The notes below the pieces were generated by a model. The model saw only the letters and a list, made by a program, of their open reading frames with translations. It had not been told where the DNA came from and ran no database searches. The position numbers and the translations under genes were made by a program. Positions 31,881-36,133 of a stretch of DNA of 36,133 nucleotides are shown one piece after another (within the stretch, counting starts at the first letter, position 1; each line of letters opens with the position of its first letter). The DNA comes from Candidatus Saccharimonadia bacterium (GTDB lineage: Bacteria > Patescibacteriota > Saccharimonadia > UBA4664): NCBI GenBank assembly GCA_038244255.1, contig JBBRTP010000001.1, positions 1 to 36,133 on the forward strand, in the 5' to 3' direction.

Positions 31881-33602
31881 TTACGAATCAAACGTGAAGG
31901 CGTTGACGATTACCCCAGACGGCACATCGATTTCAAGTGTCGAGTTTTTTAGAAGATCTGGCGAGTTAACTAAGCGATATAGCTTCGATTCAGAAACACT
32001 TACCGTGCCATCTTGGCCAATATCCGCCCCTGCAATGCGCTGAGCTACCACCGGCCTGCCGTCGACGAGAACTGTGACCTTGGCTGGCGCGCTCGCCCCC
32101 ATAACCAGGTACACCTGCTTGGCCGTGAACTTGAGGTAGAGCTTCGAATCCGCGACGCTTTTTGTATCCAGTGCTCCAATATTCCAGACCCCATCGTATC
32201 CCCAACCATTCGGCTGTAACGCGGTTGGTGCAACATATCGAGTATCTGAGTTATTCTTTAGTCCCCCGCTATTCTGGTTGCGGGCGGCACGCTCATACCC
32301 AAGATAGGTCTCTGGGCTCTGGCTCGAACTTGGTACGCTACTGCTCCCCGAAGTTACGGGTTGCCCAACCTTGGTACCGTTCTCTTTCAATAACGCCTGT
32401 ATCACTAATTCATCGTTCTCGTAATCCCCTTCACCAAACTTAAAGTGTCTAATGTATCCATTTCGATCGATGAAGTACTCGGCTGGCCAGTACTGATTAC
32501 CATAGGCATTCCAGGTAGCAAAGTCGTTATCGAGTCCGACCGGATAGTGAATGTTATCGTCCTTAACGGCCTTTGCGACGTTCGATAGCACATGCTCGAA
32601 GCTAAACTCTGGGGCGTGCAATCCGAGAACCACCAGCCCTTGGCCCTTGTACTTGTCGTACCACCCGGTTACATGCGGAAGGGTGTGGATGCAGTTGATA
32701 CATGAGTACGTCCAGAAATCTACCAGGACGACTTTGCCTTTGAGTGCTGCAATCGACTCACCATTCGAATTAATCCAATCCGCAATCCCCGTAATCTCCG
32801 GGGCTTTCGTGGGGTTTTTGACGGCAAATACGGCCCCCGAAAGCGAGTTGGTCGTAACGCTGCTCGAACCGCCTACCCCCGTGTTTTGCGGTAAAAATGG
32901 CTTCTCAAGATTCGAGATGTTCAAAAACTGAATGCCTATTACATAATTCTCTACCCGTTTATCGTAGCCGGTGAGTACAGCCAGGCCAATGAGCACGAAT
33001 AATATGCCGAGCCCGCGTTTAAACCAACCACCTGGGTTGAGAGCCCAGCCAAGACGCGCGGTCAGTTTGCGGCCAAGGGCCACAACCAGAAGTAACATAG
33101 CCGCCAAACCCAGTATGTACACACCTATATAAAACAGCCCAAGAGCAAAGCTCGCCGGTAGGACCGTTGCGAGAATCAGCGCATAAGTTGGGCTACAACT
33201 CGAGAAGACCGGACCAAGCGCAATGCCGGTGAGAATTGCGGATAGCGTACCAGTCTTTGTCGCATTCGCGCCAAGAAAGCGCTGTGACGAGCAGTAAAAA
33301 CCTGACTTTGTCGCAAATTTCTCGTACAGATGCGGCCAGATGCTCGTCACTCCAAGTCCAATGATGATCACCCCCGATATCACCTGCCAAACATAGGGCG
33401 GGACTCCGAGTAAAGATGTGGTGGCTTTTAGTACAACGGTAAAGAAGAAGAGCGAAGCAACCATGGACCCAACTACTATGTAGGCGCGGTATCTGCTCTG
33501 TCCTGCGAGAGAACCACCAACTACGAGAGGTAGTAGGGGCAATACGCACGGCGCAAGAGCTGTAAGTACACCCGCGATAAGAGCAAGGAGAAAGAGACTC
33601 AT
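31881..33602 (-). CDS. dipZ: DipZ-like thiol:disulfide interchange protein (CcdA/DsbD membrane domain + thioredoxin-like domain)
   Basis: N-terminal polytopic CcdA-like region, followed by VDFWTYSCINCIHTLP (CxxC). Confidence 0.85.
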   Translation of the reverse strand: MSLFLLALIAGVLTALAPCVLPLLPLVVGGSLAGQSRYRAYIVVGSMVASLFFFTVVLKATTSLLGVPPYVWQVISGVIIIGLGVTSIWPHLYEKFATKSGFYCSSQRFLGANATKTGTLSAILTGIALGPVFSSCSPTYALILATVLPASFALGLFYIGVYILGLAAMLLLVVALGRKLTARLGWALNPGGWFKRGLGILFVLIGLAVLTGYDKRVENYVIGIQFLNISNLEKPFLPQNTGVGGSSSVTTNSLSGAVFAVKNPTKAPEITGIADWINSNGESIAALKGKVVLVDFWTYSCINCIHTLPHVTGWYDKYKGQGLVVLGLHAPEFSFEHVLSNVAKAVKDDNIHYPVGLDNDFATWNAYGNQYWPAEYFIDRNGYIRHFKFGEGDYENDELVIQALLKENGTKVGQPVTSGSSSVPSSSQSPETYLGYERAARNQNSGGLKNNSDTRYVAPTALQPNGWGYDGVWNIGALDTKSVADSKLYLKFTAKQVYLVMGASAPAKVTVLVDGRPVVAQRIAGADIGQDGTVSVSESKLYRLVNSPDLLKNSTLEIDVPSGVIVNAFTFDS

Positions 33603-33611
33603 CTGCGAATC

Positions 33612-33827
33612 CTAGTGCTTTATCATGGCGTCAGGGGTCGGGCTAGCACTTGGCGTAGACGAGGCTGAGGCATGCCTCGCGGCTTCTTCGGCCATCATCG
33701 CATCTATGTGTTTCTGCTGTGTAACTGCAACATTTTTGGATTTGGTATCAAGGCGGTTCGTGACAACCGCCGTTATTACAACGGGCGCAAATACTACAAT
33801 AATCATAACGACCCAAGTCCTCTGCAT
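33612..33827 (-). CDS. hypothetical small membrane protein
   Basis: Listed in the ORF track. One TM segment. Directly upstream of dipZ. Confidence 0.45.
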   Translation of the reverse strand: MQRTWVVMIIVVFAPVVITAVVTNRLDTKSKNVAVTQQKHIDAMMAEEAARHASASSTPSASPTPDAMIKH

Positions 33828-33882
33828 TATGTAGTCCTCACTAATGGGTTTATTCTAAGGGTAACCTAATGTTAAATCAACT

Positions 33883-34251
33883 TTACTTTCGGTTAACCCA
33901 TGTCCCTAGAATTAACTTCATAAGTACCATAGTGCCGAGAGCACCAACGAGCCATGGATCTAGCTGATGAGTTATCGACTGAAAAGAAATACCCATAATT
34001 AACACCAATCCCCCAGCCAGATAAGAAGCTCTTCCGACCTGAAAACTTAGCTGCGCTTCCCTCTCGTCTCGTGGTCGTTCACGCCACAATAATGCCGTAA
34101 AGCCGATTGTGAGTATCGCCACTACCATCACCAAAGTTAGTTCTATGGCACCGGGCATCCAGATATGGAATGGGTTAACCAAGAATGTTAAAGCTAGTCC
34201 AATACCAATGACGAGTAGCCACTCATACATGGTCGTTTTATACATCTTCAT
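33883..34251 (-). CDS. hypothetical membrane protein
   Basis: Three to four TM helices. Overlaps the end of the XRE gene by 14 nt. Confidence 0.6.
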   Translation of the reverse strand: MKMYKTTMYEWLLVIGIGLALTFLVNPFHIWMPGAIELTLVMVVAILTIGFTALLWRERPRDEREAQLSFQVGRASYLAGGLVLIMGISFQSITHQLDPWLVGALGTMVLMKLILGTWVNRK

Positions 34252-34450
34252 AGTGAAATACTTCCTCTACCTGTTTCTTGAATACCCTAGCTAGCTGCAA
34301 CGCTAATAATACCGACGGTACGTAATTACCTTTCTCGATAGAGATGATTGTTTGGCGGGTCACATTCACGAGGGCAGCTAGGGCTTCTTGCGTAAGCTTT
34401 AACTCTTTTCGATACCGCTCAACTTCGTTTTTAATTATGTGGCGTTGCAT
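34238..34450 (-). CDS. XRE-family helix-turn-helix regulator
   Basis: LKLTQEALAALVNVTRQTIISIEKGNYVPSVLLALQLARVF. Confidence 0.85.
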   Translation of the reverse strand: MQRHIIKNEVERYRKELKLTQEALAALVNVTRQTIISIEKGNYVPSVLLALQLARVFKKQVEEVFHYEDV

Positions 34451-34530
34451 GTTCGCATTGTAGCCTCGTCCGTCAGAAGAGTCACATTATTTAGCTGAGG
34501 TACCAGCCAATTCGAATATCTCGATTATCA

Positions 34531-34606
34531 TTGCTTTTATGCTCATTTTGTGTTATAGTGAATCATCGCTCAATGAGCGCTCGACCTACGTCACGTACGA
34601 CGTCGC
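34531..34606 (+). promoter_or_regulatory. promoter (TTGCTT-17-TGtTATAGT) plus conserved structured leader, copy 2
   Basis: See 28405-28480. Here the hairpin is CGCTC-aat-GAGCG and the palindrome is TACGTCACGTA. Confidence 0.6.
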
Positions 34607-34643
34607 TCACCACATCCCGTTCCCGCCGACGAGAGGCATCGAA

Positions 34644-35030
34644 ATGACTGCTGCAACAGCACCTTCGCTGGTCCGCTATCGCTCATTCCATTTCACCGGC
34701 GAGTCTCTGGAGGAGATGTCGGCTGCCTTGTCCTTCTACTTCCGTGACGCCGAAGTGGTGTACTGGTGGATCGACAGCGCGGGCTACCTGCAACTCTCCG
34801 CCACCGCTCCCTGGCTGCTTGCCAGCGGCCAGGGTACGCCACAAGTTGCCGCAACGGCAGCAATGGCCTGGATCGATGCCCTTGACCGGCTCGCCCGATA
34901 TCAGCTCAACCAGAGCATTCCCAACGACTCGTCAACCTTCACATCGCTCGAAGGCTTCAGCCTGCAATCCAGCTTCCGTAGGTGGACGCATGACCCTGAT
35001 AGCATCAAGGTTTGCCCCGCTTGGGTATAG
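34644..35030 (+). CDS. hypothetical protein, paralog of 28506-28958
   Basis: GAGAGG SD. Shares motifs with its paralog and also ends in PAWV. Confidence 0.65.
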   Translation: MTAATAPSLVRYRSFHFTGESLEEMSAALSFYFRDAEVVYWWIDSAGYLQLSATAPWLLASGQGTPQVAATAAMAWIDALDRLARYQLNQSIPNDSSTFTSLEGFSLQSSFRRWTHDPDSIKVCPAWV

Positions 35031-35055
35031 CTGCCCCCCTCAGAAAGGACATGTC

Positions 35056-35187
35056 ATGCGACGAATTCCCGGCCGAATGGTCATGTTTGTGCTCAGCTCT
35101 ATCTTCCTGGCATTCGAGGGCATCTTCTTCGTCCGCCGGCTCTTCGGTAAGGGAGACCCTAGCCGACCCGTCCTGCAGCGCCTCTAA
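35056..35187 (+). CDS. hypothetical 43-aa single-TM micro-protein
   Basis: My own translation: MRRIPGRMVMFVLSSIFLAFEGIFFVRRLFGKGDPSRPVLQRL. AAAGGA SD. Terminator CCCCAGGC..GCCTGGGG follows. Confidence 0.4.
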   Translation: MRRIPGRMVMFVLSSIFLAFEGIFFVRRLFGKGDPSRPVLQRL

Positions 35188-35343
35188 GACGCAGGTCACC
35201 CGTTCCACCCCGCCCCAGGCACCCAGCCTGGGGCAGATTTTTGCCCTGTTACCGTACAGGTATATCGGCAGTTGAGGCTAAAATCGGGCTTTGAATACAT
35301 TTATTGTACACTTGTACTAATCGGCACAAGCAGGGCTAAATGA

Positions 35344-35372
35344 TTGACTTTTGCGCCTCCTCGAGTGATAAT
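35344..35372 (+). promoter_or_regulatory. promoter TTGACT-17-GATAAT
   Basis: Read directly from the sequence. Confidence 0.5.
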
Positions 35373-35442
35373 TGCGTATCGAACGTTGCCCCTCGCAGCC
35401 CCCTAATTTGGGCTTTCCCTCTACGGAAAGGTTACGCGCACT

Positions 35443-35823
35443 ATGAAATCTTGCATCGAACTCCCCTACTTCGAACTCTTCGCCCTACGGGCTAGTGACG
35501 AGGTGATTGCCCATCTCCAGCGTCACGGTATGATGCCATCGTTCACCTTATACAGCGTTTCAGTGGCCATCGACTATGCAACTTCCGAGATGGCTGAACA
35601 GTTGGCGACCGTAACGTTTAACTCCGGCTGCGCCAACCAGATGCGCGTACTGCTCACCATCGGATCCGTTGCCCGAATCGTCGGTTGCAGATTCAGGGTG
35701 CAAGGACCCGACGGAACATGGCACGGCGACGCCATCGAGTGGGTCGGTACCGTCCGGCAGACCGACGGCATCATGAGCGTCCAAACCATCACGCCGATCG
35801 CCGCCGCCCAGGTAGTTACCTAG
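35443..35823 (+). CDS. hypothetical protein
   Basis: Listed in the ORF track. No recognisable domain. Confidence 0.55.
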   Translation: MKSCIELPYFELFALRASDEVIAHLQRHGMMPSFTLYSVSVAIDYATSEMAEQLATVTFNSGCANQMRVLLTIGSVARIVGCRFRVQGPDGTWHGDAIEWVGTVRQTDGIMSVQTITPIAAAQVVT

Positions 35824-35839
35824 GAGAAGGGAGTACGAA

Positions 35840-35983
35840 ATGGCAAAACGTGCAAAGGCACGAAATCAACCTGATACCGCATCGGGACTCTTCCTGATAA
35901 TCGTCCTTGTGATGATCATCCTGGGCGTGGTTGCAGCGGTCATCTACTACGTAGCAAACCAGCCATTCCCGAGCCCTCACTGA
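35840..35983 (+). CDS. hypothetical 47-aa single-TM micro-protein
   Basis: My own translation: MAKRAKARNQPDTASGLFLIIVLVMIILGVVAAVIYYVANQPFPSPH. GGAGAAGGGAG SD. Confidence 0.45.
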   Translation: MAKRAKARNQPDTASGLFLIIVLVMIILGVVAAVIYYVANQPFPSPH

Positions 35984-35996
35984 CCGGAGACTACGC

Positions 35997-36119
35997 ATGA
36001 GCCCAACGTATGATGCGGCCGACGATGTCGGACCCGGCGGTTGTGGCTGCAATTGCCCAGCCTGCGAGCTCGGCCTCAGGCATTGCGGCAAGGCCGAACG
36101 TGGCTGTCGCCACGCCTAG
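35997..36119 (+). CDS. hypothetical 40-aa Cys-rich peptide
   Basis: My own translation: MSPTYDAADDVGPGGCGCNCPACELGLRHCGKAERGCRHA (6 Cys). Confidence 0.35.
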   Translation: MSPTYDAADDVGPGGCGCNCPACELGLRHCGKAERGCRHA

Positions 36120-36133
36120 CGCCCCTAATGAGA

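Noticed and set aside
1-36133. Additional remote VRs for the DGR elsewhere in the window.
   Set aside because: By eye I found no further match to TR core strings such as GGCAACCATGGCAGTC or GCCTTGCGGCC. This is not exhaustive and needs a mismatch-tolerant computational search.

Overview
The window looks like a small-genome, Gram-positive-type bacterium. A Saccharibacteria/CPR-like origin is my guess from gene content, not a demonstrated fact. Housekeeping genes include thrS behind a T-box leader, rplY, nrdR, gmk, a dCMP-deaminase-family gene, a Y-family polymerase, a WecA/GT2/PIG-V-like envelope glycosylation cluster, DipZ, five tRNAs, an ECF sigma/anti-sigma pair, two CdaR/PucR regulators and vapBC. 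Small accessory units are interspersed among them.

The strongest signal is a complete diversity-generating retroelement (DGR) at about 11.4-14.1 kb:
- It has a DGR-type reverse transcriptase and an Avd-like four-helix-bundle gene.
- A 117-bp template repeat (12800-12916) matches a variable repeat (13287-13403) that forms the last 39 codons of a target gene.
- All 17 mismatches lie at template adenines.
- The architecture is odd: avd is inverted and sits head-to-head with the RT.

The second notable region is a cassette array downstream of tRNA-Asp (28.27-31.8 kb). I recognised no integrase or transposase in it. It is built from repeated about 253-bp boundary modules, copies of the tRNA 3' end, and six GCCCGCCA junctions with mosaic flanks.

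Third, two diverged paralogous small proteins (28506-28958 and 34644-35030) are each preceded by a 61-nt promoter/leader block. That block is far better conserved than the coding sequence and shows loop-only and compensatory changes, so it is a candidate cis-regulatory element.

Other points:
- a 606-aa sigma-28-like factor carries a long C-terminal extension;
- an orphan Mu Gam-like gene is present;
- several GC3-rich units each carry their own promoter, gene and terminator;
- micro-protein ORFs lie at the right edge.

I saw no CRISPR array or rRNA.
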